Counted from the stretch's first letter, positions 8,495 to 18,686 are shown. The stretch is 64,000 nucleotides of DNA from an uncultured Actinomycetota bacterium (GCA_963835385.1 CAWIFK010000002.1:255572-319571), one strand, 5' to 3'. The notes: generated by a model not told the origin, from the letters alone. Program-made: numbers and translations.

Positions 8495-9387
8495 GCACCA
8501 CGACAGAGACGACCCGCCCGGAGACCTTGGCCCAGCCGGTCCCGGCGCAGCGACGACGGCGCCCTATCGGCTCGGCCGGCTGGTCGACGTACCTCGTGCT
8601 GGGCGTGCTGGCGCTGATCTACATCATGCCGTTCCTGATCCAGATCGCGACCTCGTTCAAGACCGAGCCGGAGGCGGCGGCCAACCCGATCGGGCTGATC
8701 CCGCAGAACTGGACCACCGCGGCCTACGACCGGCTCTTCCGGTTCTCCGACTACGCCCTGTGGACCACGAACTCGGTGATCGTGACCGTGTTCGTCACCC
8801 TCGGCCGGGTCTTCTTCGACTCGCTCGCCGGCTACGCGCTGGCGCGAATCCACTTCCGGGGGCGCAGCATGGTGTTCGCCCTGCTGGTCGCGGTGATGGC
8901 GGTGCCCGCCGTCGTGCTGCTGATCCCGAAGTTCCTGGTGATCAACCAGCTCGGCATCTACGACTCCTACCCGGGCATGATCGTGCCGCTGCTGGCCGAC
9001 GCCGCGGGGGTGTTCATCATGAAGAACTTCTTCGAGAGCATCCCGAAGAGCGTCGAGGAGCAGGCGCGCATCGACGGCGCCGGCACCTTCCGGACGTTCT
9101 GGTCGATCGTGCTGCCGATGGCCGCGCCCGCGGTCATGACGATCACGATCCTGTCCTTCCAGGGCTCCTGGAACGAGCTCAACCACTTCATCATCGCGAC
9201 CCAGAGCCCGAGCCTGACCGTGCTCACCAAGGGGGTGGGGCAGCTCGCGTCGGGCCAGCTCAGCCAGGGCACGCAGTACCCGATCAAGCTGGCGGCAGCG
9301 GCACTGATGACGATCCCGGTCGCCGTGGTGTTCTTCGTCTTCCAGAAGCGCATCATGAACGCGAGCGCGGGCGCGGTGAAGGAGTAG
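8491..9387 (+). CDS. Carbohydrate ABC transporter permease (MalG-like)
   Basis: 'NSVIV', 'AGYALAR', EAA loop 'EEQARIDGAGTFRTFWSIVLP'. ATGA overlap with the previous gene. Confidence 0.93.
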   Translation: MSTTTETTRPETLAQPVPAQRRRRPIGSAGWSTYLVLGVLALIYIMPFLIQIATSFKTEPEAAANPIGLIPQNWTTAAYDRLFRFSDYALWTTNSVIVTVFVTLGRVFFDSLAGYALARIHFRGRSMVFALLVAVMAVPAVVLLIPKFLVINQLGIYDSYPGMIVPLLADAAGVFIMKNFFESIPKSVEEQARIDGAGTFRTFWSIVLPMAAPAVMTITILSFQGSWNELNHFIIATQSPSLTVLTKGVGQLASGQLSQGTQYPIKLAAAALMTIPVAVVFFVFQKRIMNASAGAVKE

Positions 9388-9427
9388 CGCGGCCGGCCCG
9401 ACGTCGCCGAAGGTGCCGCTCCGCGAT

Positions 9428-11227
9428 CTACTTCACGCCGGAGAGGCGTCGCCACAGCCACCCGGACGCGACGACCCGGCCCTCGATGACGTAGGTGGCC
9501 GTCGACTCGTCACTCAGTACGGCGTCGAGCGTGCGTCGCGCGAGGGCCGTGCCGGCGACGAGCAGCTCGTCGCCGGGGCGCAGCACGAGGTCGTCGTCCG
9601 GCGTGACCACACTCTCGCCCTCGCGGAGCAGCGTCAGTGGCAGCGCTCTCTGCGGCAGCTCGCGGTCGTTGGGGCTGCGCAGAAGGTCTCCGAGCCGGAG
9701 CCCGCCGCCACTGAGCCAGGCGCTCACCGCGGGGGCGTCGTCCTCGGTCAGCCGGACCAGCCACATGTAGGGGGTGCCTGTTCCGCACCGCTCGACCAGC
9801 CGCGCCACCACCTTCGAGGACCAGTCGTCGCTCTGCCGGGGGACCTGAGGCAGGAACTTCATGAGCGCCGGGTTCGCGAGCCGCGCCAGCACCTCGTGCA
9901 CGATGACGTCGGCCGGCTGCATGCCGAAGTCCAGCGGGACGGCCTCGAACAGTGAGGAGTTCCCCGCGCGGTTCTGCAGCGCGACGATGTAGACGTCCGG
10001 GTTCGACCGGTGCGCCGCCTCGATGAGCCACAGGTTGGTCGTGTCGCTCTCGGTGGCCGCGACGAACACCGCCGTGTCAGGGGCGTCGGCCACTGCGATG
10101 CCGGCGGCCTTCAGGGCACTCGTCTGGTCCTCCACGTCGCGACGCTCGTCGACCACGTCCACCTCGATGTCCTCGGCACGCAGGTCGTCGGCGAGCTCAC
10201 TGCCGAGACGGCCGGTGCCGTAGACCACCCACCGTCCCCGCGGCAGCGGGTCCCGACGAGGGGGCAGGAGCGTGCCCGGGGCGCTGGTCAGCCACGTCAT
10301 CAGCTGGAAGGCGGCCGGTGACCGGTAGAGGATGCGCAGATGGTTGCCGAAGCGGTCGAAGGGGTTGATCACCTGGGGCTTGCCGAAGGTCCGCATCCGC
10401 TCCGCCACGTCGCGCGAGTGTGCCCGGGCGATCACCGGCAGGTCGGGTCTCATCAGGGCGGTGGTCATGGCGACGTCGAGGTTGGTCTGCTCGTCGCCGG
10501 TCAGGGCGACCACGCCTTCGCAGTGCGGATGCCCCACGCCGGCCATCATCAGCCGGTTGGTGTCCCTGGCGTCACCCAGCATGGCGGGCGTGTCGGCGTG
10601 GTACGGCTCGAGGTCCACCCCGGCGATGCGGGTGTCGTCGTGCTCCACGATCACGAACCGGTGGGCCATGTCGTCTAGCGACCGAGCCAGCCGCTTGGTG
10701 GCCTGCCCGTAACCGACGAGCACCAGGAAGGGCTCCCGCATGCGCTGGACCTGGCGGGCGAAGCGGCGCCTGGCGAGGGCGCGCCGGAACGCCCGGTCCT
10801 GCATCAGCGTGAGCAGGGACCCGATCGCGTACGCCCAGCCGATGACCGACAAGAAGATCGCGAACGTGACCCACATCCGCTGCTGGGGGGTGAACGCGTG
10901 CGGGAGCTCGCCGAATCCGATGGTGGTCGCCGTGTAGCTCATGAAGTACAGCGACTCGAACAGCGACATCCGGTCGGGCCGTCCCTGCTCGTCCTGACCG
11001 GGAATGATCGACAGACCGAGCACGCTCACCGCGAACACGACGATGAGCACGATCAACGGTGCGCGCATCCTTCGCAGGACCAGCAGGATGCCGACGGAGG
11101 GTTCTCGGCCGGACGGCCTCCCCAGCGGCGAGGTCCGGTGGTCCTCGGCCGGGTCCTCGTCGTCGCGGGGGTCCTCGCGCTGGTCGTCGAAGAGCCGCAG
11201 GACCAGCGCCAGCAGCGGGTTGGTCAT
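9428..11227 (-). CDS. Potassium channel family protein with TrkA-N/RCK (NAD-binding) domains
   Basis: Pore and filter 'SLYFMSYTATTIGFGELP', Rossmann 'LVGYGQAT', 'GDARD', second RCK 'VYGTGRLG', RCK-C 'LRPGDELLVAG'. Confidence 0.9.
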   Translation of the reverse strand: MTNPLLALVLRLFDDQREDPRDDEDPAEDHRTSPLGRPSGREPSVGILLVLRRMRAPLIVLIVVFAVSVLGLSIIPGQDEQGRPDRMSLFESLYFMSYTATTIGFGELPHAFTPQQRMWVTFAIFLSVIGWAYAIGSLLTLMQDRAFRRALARRRFARQVQRMREPFLVLVGYGQATKRLARSLDDMAHRFVIVEHDDTRIAGVDLEPYHADTPAMLGDARDTNRLMMAGVGHPHCEGVVALTGDEQTNLDVAMTTALMRPDLPVIARAHSRDVAERMRTFGKPQVINPFDRFGNHLRILYRSPAAFQLMTWLTSAPGTLLPPRRDPLPRGRWVVYGTGRLGSELADDLRAEDIEVDVVDERRDVEDQTSALKAAGIAVADAPDTAVFVAATESDTTNLWLIEAAHRSNPDVYIVALQNRAGNSSLFEAVPLDFGMQPADVIVHEVLARLANPALMKFLPQVPRQSDDWSSKVVARLVERCGTGTPYMWLVRLTEDDAPAVSAWLSGGGLRLGDLLRSPNDRELPQRALPLTLLREGESVVTPDDDLVLRPGDELLVAGTALARRTLDAVLSDESTATYVIEGRVVASGWLWRRLSGVK

Positions 11228-11236
11228 CGACGGCTC

Positions 11237-11623
11237 CTATCGGCGGCGGAAGGAGACCGTCTCGACGACGAGGATGACGACGGACACGATGTTCGCCAGC
11301 AGCGCCCCCGCGGAGAGGGACACGACGCTGGCGGTCATGGAGGCAGACATCGGCCCGTCCAGGACGTTGGTCGCGTAGGCCCAGACCACGGCGGCGGTGA
11401 TGAGCTGCAGGCTCGCGACGAGGCTCGTCGCGAGCTGGACGGCGCCGATCTGCGTCCGGTCGCCGAACTTCAGCACGGTCGCGATGAGGTTGACCACGAC
11501 CGCGGCGAACAGCTCGTAGACGTTGTGCAGAGAGGGGTCGCCGATGTCACCGATGACGAACCCGAAGTTCAACGTCGCGGCGAGCAGCACGAAGAAGCCG
11601 AAGACCACCTTCTCCAGGTTCAC
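11237..11623 (-). CDS. Small membrane protein, DUF6394-like
   Basis: MNLEKVVFGFFVLLAATLNFGF...LIATVLKFGDRTQIGA..LATSLVASLQL. GTG start with GGGAGA RBS. Stop lies 9 nt before the channel start. Confidence 0.75.
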   Translation of the reverse strand: MNLEKVVFGFFVLLAATLNFGFVIGDIGDPSLHNVYELFAAVVVNLIATVLKFGDRTQIGAVQLATSLVASLQLITAAVVWAYATNVLDGPMSASMTASVVSLSAGALLANIVSVVILVVETVSFRRR

Positions 11624-11735
11624 GCGTTCTCCCCTCGTCTGCCTACGCATCGTACGGGGCCTTTGACCGTTCTCCCGGCAGGGCATAGGCCGTGGCGTCC
11701 CGGCTGCCCGTGGTTGTGTGCGGCAGACTGGCCAC

Positions 11736-12707
11736 ATGCCCGACGACTTCGTGGTCGCCCGGAACCCCGAGGGTGACTCGTCGCTGCCGTACCTCCTGCG
11801 GATCCCGCTCGGCCGCGACGGCGTCATCGTGAAGGCGAAGGAGACCTGGCCGCGGACCAGCAAGGTCTACTGCCACCGGGTCGACGACTGGCCGGCCGAC
11901 GCCGAGATCGTCGAGCGGGTGCCGACCCGCTCGTGCGTGCGTCGGGGCGCGGCGATCGACCTGGTCCTGGACCGGGGGCGCGAGAACCGCTCGCAGCTGG
12001 TGTTCACCCGGATCCGCGGCGGCCGGCAGGCGATCTTCTGGCAGACTGCCCGCACCAGCAAGCAGGCCAGGCCCGCGGTCACCGTGCCATCCGCCCGTGC
12101 GGCCGGGCTGCGCGATCTCGAGATCGTCGTGGACAGCCACGAGCGGTACCCCTTCGCGTTCAAGGACCAGCAGGTGGTGACGCGTCGGGCCGGGCTGCCC
12201 GCCGGCGACTACGGGGTCATGGTCGACGGGTCGCTGCTGGCGAGCGTGGAGCGGAAGAGCCTCGGCGACCTGGTGTCGTCATTGACCACCGGCAAGCTGA
12301 AGTACCAGCTCGCCGACCTGGCCGCCGTACCGCGCGCGGCGCTGGTCGTGGAGGATCGCTACTCCCAGGTCTTCAGATCCGAGCACGTGCGACCGGCGGT
12401 GATCGCCGACGGCCTCGCGGAGTGCCAGGTGAACTGGCCGACGGTGCCGATCCTGTTCCTGGAGACCCGGTCGCTGGCCCAGGAGTGGACCTACCGGTTC
12501 CTGGCCGCGGCGCGGGCTGCCGCCGAGCACGAGTACGGCGGCGAGGTGGCCCTCCGGGCTCTTGCGCCGGCACCCGCACTGGCGCCGCCGGAGCCGACGC
12601 CGGCCGAGGTGCGGTCGTGGGCGATCGCGCAGGGACTCGAGGTGTCCGACCGTGGCCGGGTGAGGAAGGAGATCGTCGAGGCCTACCGGGCGGCGCGGCT
12701 GGGCTGA
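11736..12707 (+). CDS. ERCC4/XPF-type nuclease domain protein with C-terminal Lsr2 DNA-binding domain
   Basis: ERCC4 motifs VVDSHE, AGDY, VERKSLGDL, LVVED. C-terminus 'AEVRSWAIAQGLEVSDRGRVRKEIVEAY' matches the Lsr2 C-domain. Leaderless -10 CAGACT 6 nt before ATG. Confidence 0.85.
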   Translation: MPDDFVVARNPEGDSSLPYLLRIPLGRDGVIVKAKETWPRTSKVYCHRVDDWPADAEIVERVPTRSCVRRGAAIDLVLDRGRENRSQLVFTRIRGGRQAIFWQTARTSKQARPAVTVPSARAAGLRDLEIVVDSHERYPFAFKDQQVVTRRAGLPAGDYGVMVDGSLLASVERKSLGDLVSSLTTGKLKYQLADLAAVPRAALVVEDRYSQVFRSEHVRPAVIADGLAECQVNWPTVPILFLETRSLAQEWTYRFLAAARAAAEHEYGGEVALRALAPAPALAPPEPTPAEVRSWAIAQGLEVSDRGRVRKEIVEAYRAARLG

Positions 12708-12782
12708 ACCGCGGGGTCACCGTGGCGTACCCGGGGTCTGGCGAGGCTTCCCCCGGCAGAACCGACGGCGCAGACTCGTTGC

Positions 12783-13163
12783 ATGCCGGATGCTCGTGTG
12801 CTCACCGTTCGCCAGCCGTGGGCGTGGGCGATCGTGCAGGGCGCCAAGGACGTCGAGAACCGGTCGTGGCGGACGTCGTACCGGGGGGCTCTCCTGATCC
12901 ACGCGGGCCAGACCGTCGTGCGCCACGCCTACGCGGTGGTGGAACGCCTGACCGAGCAGTCACCGCCGGCGCCCGCGGACATCACCAGGGGAGCGATCAT
13001 CGGGGTCGTGGAGCTGGTCGACTGCGTGACCGATGCGGACTCCCCGTGGGCCGACGAGGGGCAGTGGCACTGGCTGCTGCGCGACGCACGGCCGATCCAG
13101 CCGGCCTTCCCGTGCCCCGGCAGGCTCAACCTGTGGCCACCGCCGCCGGACCTGCGCTGGTGA
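12783..13163 (+). CDS. ASCH domain protein
   Basis: 'LTVRQPWAWAIVQGAKDVENRSWRTSYRGALLIHAG...GAIIGVVELVDCV'. Leaderless -10 CAGACT at 12771-12776. Confidence 0.9.
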   Translation: MPDARVLTVRQPWAWAIVQGAKDVENRSWRTSYRGALLIHAGQTVVRHAYAVVERLTEQSPPAPADITRGAIIGVVELVDCVTDADSPWADEGQWHWLLRDARPIQPAFPCPGRLNLWPPPPDLRW

Positions 13164-13336
13164 CCCGTTCGTGGGTGCACGTTCCTGCACTTCACCACCC
13201 TGAGGGTGCACGGCGACGACGTGGCCGAACGCCGACGGGGAGGCGGGGAAGCTCGGGATCCGCGACGAGTTCGCCGACACCGTCACCCGGTCTCAGCCTG
13301 CGGTCTCGGTGATGCTGCTGTGAGCGAGGACCGGGG

Positions 13337-14086
13337 TCACGCGTCGGTGAGCCGTAGCGTCTGCAGACGCCGACCGGCGTAGGTCGTCGCGGCGACCGTC
13401 ACGATGCTCAGCAGGACCACCGCGGTGCCGAACCCGACGGCCGCCTGCACGCCGAGGTCGAACGCGGCGTCGCCGAGTGCCTGTTGCACGACGGCGAGCG
13501 ACCACTGCTGGATGCTCAGCGTCTGGGCGCCGGGAACGAGGCCGCCGACGAGGGACTCCCAGACCAGGGCGTAGACGAGCCCCACCACGACGGCGTTCCT
13601 GGTGAGCACGGCCAGGAGCAGGAACACCGCGGAGTAGGCGATGCCGGCGGCCAGGGCGCCGAGGGTGAAGGCGACGGTCACGCGCCCCACCTCGCCGGTC
13701 AGCACCACCCCGGCCACGGCGATCGGGACCACGCCGAAGAGCACCACCACCGCGAAGGCGACGGCCAGCTTGGTGACGACGATGGAGTAGCGGCTCAGCG
13801 GCTTGGTGAGCAGGTAGACGATCGAGCCCTCGTCGATCTCCGGGCCGATGGCGCCGGTGCCGGCGACCAGCGTCAGCAGGGGCATCAAGACGGCGATCCC
13901 GAAGGTGCTGAGCAGGTTCGGTGCCAGCGGCCCCTGCAGCTCTGCCTCGATCTCGGCGTCGAGCCCGGCCAGGATCCGTGCGAGCGTGCAGATGCCCAGC
14001 AGCGCCAGCGGCAGGAGCAGCAGGACCAGGGTGCGCTTGCGGCCGAGCAGGCTGCGGCTGGTCAGGGAGGCGACGGTCGCGTTCAT
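13337..14086 (-). CDS. ABC-2 type transporter permease
   Basis: Six hydrophobic segments; 'EIDEGSIVYLLTKPLSR' motif. Confidence 0.9.
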   Translation of the reverse strand: MNATVASLTSRSLLGRKRTLVLLLLPLALLGICTLARILAGLDAEIEAELQGPLAPNLLSTFGIAVLMPLLTLVAGTGAIGPEIDEGSIVYLLTKPLSRYSIVVTKLAVAFAVVVLFGVVPIAVAGVVLTGEVGRVTVAFTLGALAAGIAYSAVFLLLAVLTRNAVVVGLVYALVWESLVGGLVPGAQTLSIQQWSLAVVQQALGDAAFDLGVQAAVGFGTAVVLLSIVTVAATTYAGRRLQTLRLTDA

Positions 14087-15009
14087 CGCGTCACCAGGTA
14101 GGAGAAGACGCTCTCCAACGACTCGTCGGCGGGCCGCACCTCGAGCAGCCGGATGCCGTGACGGGAGGCGAGCCGGGGGAGCGAGTGCACGAAGGCCGAG
14201 TAGTCGGTGGCCTGCACGTGCACGCTCGTGCCACCGGTGGGGGCGGTCACCAGCTCGACGGCCGAGGCGCTCGGCTCCGCTATCACCACCGACGCGAGGG
14301 TCCGGTCGTCGCTGGACCGGATGGTGTACTGGTGCGGCCGCTGCGTCATCAGGCGGCGGATCTCCCGGAAGTCACCCGAGGCGGCGTGGCGGCCGGAGAC
14401 CATCACCTCGATCCGGCCGGCGATCTGCTCCACCTCCTCGAGGATGTGGGAGCTGAACAGGATCGTGCGGCCCTCGTCGCCCAGCCGGTGCAGCAGGTCC
14501 ATGAGGTGCAGCCGTTGGCGCGGGTCCATCCCGTTGAACGGCTCGTCGAGCAGCAGCACCGTGGGGTCGTGCACCATCGCGGTCGCCATCTTGATCCGCT
14601 GCTTCATCCCCTTGGAGTAGGTACGGATGTCACGGTCCTGCGCGTCCTCCATCTCGACGGTGGCGATCGCCCGGCGGGCCGCGGAGGGGGGATCGGCGAG
14701 CCGGTGCAGCTTGGCGTTGGCCAGCACGAAGCTCCAGCCGGTGACCGCGTCGTACATCTCCTCACGCTCGGGCACGAGACCGAGGTCGCGGTAGATCTCC
14801 TTGTCGCGGTACAGCGGCCGCCCGTCGAGCGTCACGCTTCCCGCCGACGGCGCGAGGAACCCGGCCATCATGTGGATGAGCGTGGACTTCCCGGCACCGT
14901 TCGGACCGAGCAGGCCGGTCACCCCGGGAGCGAGCCGCATCGTGACGTCGTTGACCGCCACCACGTTCCCGAACCAGCGCGAGACCTGGTCGAGCTCGAC
15001 GACGCTCAC
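14083..15009 (-). CDS. ABC transporter ATP-binding protein
   Basis: Walker A GPNGAGKS, signature YSKGM, Walker B LLLDEP. GTG start overlaps the upstream stop. Confidence 0.93.
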   Translation of the reverse strand: MSVVELDQVSRWFGNVVAVNDVTMRLAPGVTGLLGPNGAGKSTLIHMMAGFLAPSAGSVTLDGRPLYRDKEIYRDLGLVPEREEMYDAVTGWSFVLANAKLHRLADPPSAARRAIATVEMEDAQDRDIRTYSKGMKQRIKMATAMVHDPTVLLLDEPFNGMDPRQRLHLMDLLHRLGDEGRTILFSSHILEEVEQIAGRIEVMVSGRHAASGDFREIRRLMTQRPHQYTIRSSDDRTLASVVIAEPSASAVELVTAPTGGTSVHVQATDYSAFVHSLPRLASRHGIRLLEVRPADESLESVFSYLVTR

Positions 15010-15902
15010 GACAGCGCCTTGCGGTAGCGGGCGACCAGGCCGGCGTAGCAACCGGCGACCAGCAGCACGACGAGCGCCGTGAAGACCACCGCACCGAGCA
15101 CCCCGGGCGGCTGCTGGTCGATCGAGGAGTCGGCACCGAGCAGGCTCGCGACCACGCCGTCCACGAGGGTGTAGGGCGAGATCAGCCCGGTGTAGCCGGT
15201 GAACGTGTCGTTGCCGAACTCGTAGGCGATGCCCATCACTGCGGCCTGCATCCCGGACAGGACCAGCAGCACGCCCACGACCGCGGCCACGCCCAGACCG
15301 CGCCGCGGGGTCATCGCCGCCACCAGCAGGCCGATGCCGGCGAGCACCAGCGCGAGCAGCGCGGCGCCGGCCATCGCCCGGAGGTAGTCCGGCCACTGGT
15401 CGCCCAGAGGGAGCTTCGCGAGCAGCGCCCCGAGGAACAGGAGCGTGATCGGCAGGCCCATCAGCACGAACAGCGCCACGCTCATCCCGGCGTACTTGGC
15501 CTGGACGTACTGCGGGCGGCTCAGTGGCCGGGAGAAGTAGAGCGCCGCCACCCGGAACCGCAGGTCACGAGACATCACCACCGGCGACTGGGCACCGACG
15601 AAGATCGTGACCGCGACCTGGAAGGCGAAGACGTAGCCGGTGTAGCCGAGCGGCAGCGCGGCCAGGTCGAAGTAGCCGACCACGATGCCGATCGCGACCG
15701 CAGGCAGCGCCATCAGCCCGAGCAGCAGCATCGGCACGATCCTGGACCGTGCCGAACGGCCGAATCCGTAGACGCCGCGGAGCGTGTCGAGGAACAGCGA
15801 CCGGCGGATGTACGCCGCCCCGAGGCGGGGACCGTCGTAGTGGCGGTAGCCGATGTCGTGGATGGCGCCGGCGTTCTGCGGGGGAGCGGTCGGCTCAGAC
15901 AC
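15006..15902 (-). CDS. ABC-2 type transporter permease
   Basis: 'IHDIGYRHYDGPRLG', 'DLRFRVAALYFSRPLSR'; multiple TM segments. Confidence 0.9.
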   Translation of the reverse strand: MSEPTAPPQNAGAIHDIGYRHYDGPRLGAAYIRRSLFLDTLRGVYGFGRSARSRIVPMLLLGLMALPAVAIGIVVGYFDLAALPLGYTGYVFAFQVAVTIFVGAQSPVVMSRDLRFRVAALYFSRPLSRPQYVQAKYAGMSVALFVLMGLPITLLFLGALLAKLPLGDQWPDYLRAMAGAALLALVLAGIGLLVAAMTPRRGLGVAAVVGVLLVLSGMQAAVMGIAYEFGNDTFTGYTGLISPYTLVDGVVASLLGADSSIDQQPPGVLGAVVFTALVVLLVAGCYAGLVARYRKALS

Positions 15903-16914
15903 GGGCCTCTCCTCCCTCGACTGCCGGGGTGGGCGGGGTGGACGGCGTGGAGGGGGTGGTGGGCGTGGACGGGGTGTCGGCCCCGAGCGGACCGGCGCCG
16001 TCGCGGTCGGCCGGTCCGGCGCGGTGGGTGAACAGCTCGGTCATCCGGTGTCGCTGCTGCTCCATCCGGACCAGCCCCAGCTCGAGATCGGTGACGGCGT
16101 CGCGCACTGCGTCGTACGCCGACTCGTCGGTCACGTCGACGTACAGCAGGGTGCCGTTGCTCTGGACGGCGATGCCGGCCTCGCGGAGCCGGGCGTGGAC
16201 GGCGGCGGGGTCGCCGTCGACCTCCACCGCGACCACCGGAGTGGCAGCGGTGACCGACGCCGTGGAGCTGTGCCGCAGCAGCCGACCGCCGTCGATGACC
16301 ACGACCTCGCGACAGACCCGTTCGAGCTCGCCGAGCAGGTGTGAGGTGACGACGACCGAGATCCCGAACTCGGCGTCGATGCGGCTGACCAGCTCGAGCA
16401 TGTCGTCGCGGCCGGCCGGGTCCAGCCCGTTCGTCGGCTCGTCGAGCAGGACCAGGGTGGGGTCGTGGACCAGTGCCTGGGCGAGCTTGACGCGTTGCCG
16501 CATGCCGGTGGAGTAGCCGCCCATCGGCCGGTAGCGCTCCTCGTAGAGCCCGACGTGGCGCAAGATGTCCGCGGCCCGTTCGCGCGCGGCGGTCTGGGGC
16601 AGCCCGGACATCCGCGCCATGTGCACGACGAACTCCGTCGCGGACACGTCGGGAGGCAGGCAGTCGTGCTCGGGCATGTAGCCGACCCGCTCGCGGATCC
16701 CGGCACCGTCGGTGGCGACGTCCAGGTCGAGCACCCGCGCCGTGCCCTCGGTCGCGGGCAGCAGTCCCAGCAGGATCTTGAGCAGCGTGGACTTCCCGGC
16801 ACCGTTGGCACCGACCAGCCCGGTGACGCCGGGCGTGACCTCCACGGTGAGGTCCTCCACGGCGGTCACCGTGCCGAACCGCTTGGTCAGCCCCTCGGTG
16901 TGGATGAGCGTCAC
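15895..16914 (-). CDS. ABC transporter ATP-binding protein
   Basis: GANGAGKST, YSTGM, LLDEP. Low-complexity TPS-repeat tail. GGAGG RBS. Confidence 0.93.
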   Translation of the reverse strand: MTLIHTEGLTKRFGTVTAVEDLTVEVTPGVTGLVGANGAGKSTLLKILLGLLPATEGTARVLDLDVATDGAGIRERVGYMPEHDCLPPDVSATEFVVHMARMSGLPQTAARERAADILRHVGLYEERYRPMGGYSTGMRQRVKLAQALVHDPTLVLLDEPTNGLDPAGRDDMLELVSRIDAEFGISVVVTSHLLGELERVCREVVVIDGGRLLRHSSTASVTAATPVVAVEVDGDPAAVHARLREAGIAVQSNGTLLYVDVTDESAYDAVRDAVTDLELGLVRMEQQRHRMTELFTHRAGPADRDGAGPLGADTPSTPTTPSTPSTPPTPAVEGGEARV

Positions 16915-17046
16915 GTGCGGCCTCCTCCCGGTCCGGTTGCCGGCCCGTTCTCGATGCTTGGCCTCACCCTAGGGGCGGGCGGCGACAGCCCGTCGCGCGT
17001 GCGCGCCTTCGCCGCGGCTCGGGCACAGCTCCGCGGCCGCGCCTTC

Positions 17047-17298
17047 TCAGGACGTGTACGGCCCGGGATCGCCGGGGGCGGCCACCCGCTCCTCCGACGG
17101 CATCAGGATCCACAGGACCGGGTAGACCAGGATCTGGCTGCCCGGCACGACCATGAGCAGCAGCACGAACAGCAGCCGGGCTGTCCACGGGCCGAGGCCG
17201 AACCGGCGGCCGAGTCCGGCGCAGACACCGGCCAGCACCCGGCTGTCGCGAGGGCGGACGAGGCCCTGGCGGGCGAAGCTCTGGTGGACGTCGTTCAT
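17047..17298 (-). CDS. PspC domain-containing protein
   Basis: 'LVRPRDSRVLAGVCAGLGRRFG....RLLFVL......ILVYPVLWILMP'. Confidence 0.9.
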   Translation of the reverse strand: MNDVHQSFARQGLVRPRDSRVLAGVCAGLGRRFGLGPWTARLLFVLLLMVVPGSQILVYPVLWILMPSEERVAAPGDPGPYTS

Positions 17299-17569
17299 GG
17301 TGAAGCCCTTCCTCAGGTCGGTGTCGAGGGAGGATCCCCTGACATCTCCAGTGTGCTCCGCAGCGCCGCGTCGCGACATCCGGTGTGGCCCTGAGCCGAC
17401 CCCGGGAACGGGTCGGTCGGCGGGTCAGGGTCGGCCGGCGGAGCGGACGCGAGCCGACGCGAGCGCCGGGCGGGCCACGACGGCGCACCGTGCACGATCT
17501 TCGCCCCATCAGCCCACCGCAGAGGGCCAAAAGCACGCACCATGCGCGAGTTCTGCCCTCACGCGGGCC

Positions 17570-17623
17570 GCCGCGCTCGCCGCGCTCGCCGCGCTCGCCG
17601 CGCTCGCCGCGCTCGCCGCGCTC
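17570..17623 (+). repeat. GCCGCGCTC x6 intergenic tandem repeat
   Basis: Six perfect 9-bp copies read directly. Confidence 0.95.
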
Positions 17624-17695
17624 GCCGACGTACGTCGCTCGCGAGTGGGACCTTGGCCTCTCGCCGCCCACCACCGCGCGGCGTCGTCTGGGGGT

Positions 17696-18685
<990 letters not shown>

Positions 18686-18686
18686 C

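Noticed and set aside
17570-17623. Possible CRISPR or iteron array
   Set aside because: Spacerless 9-bp tandem repeat; no rep or cas gene nearby.
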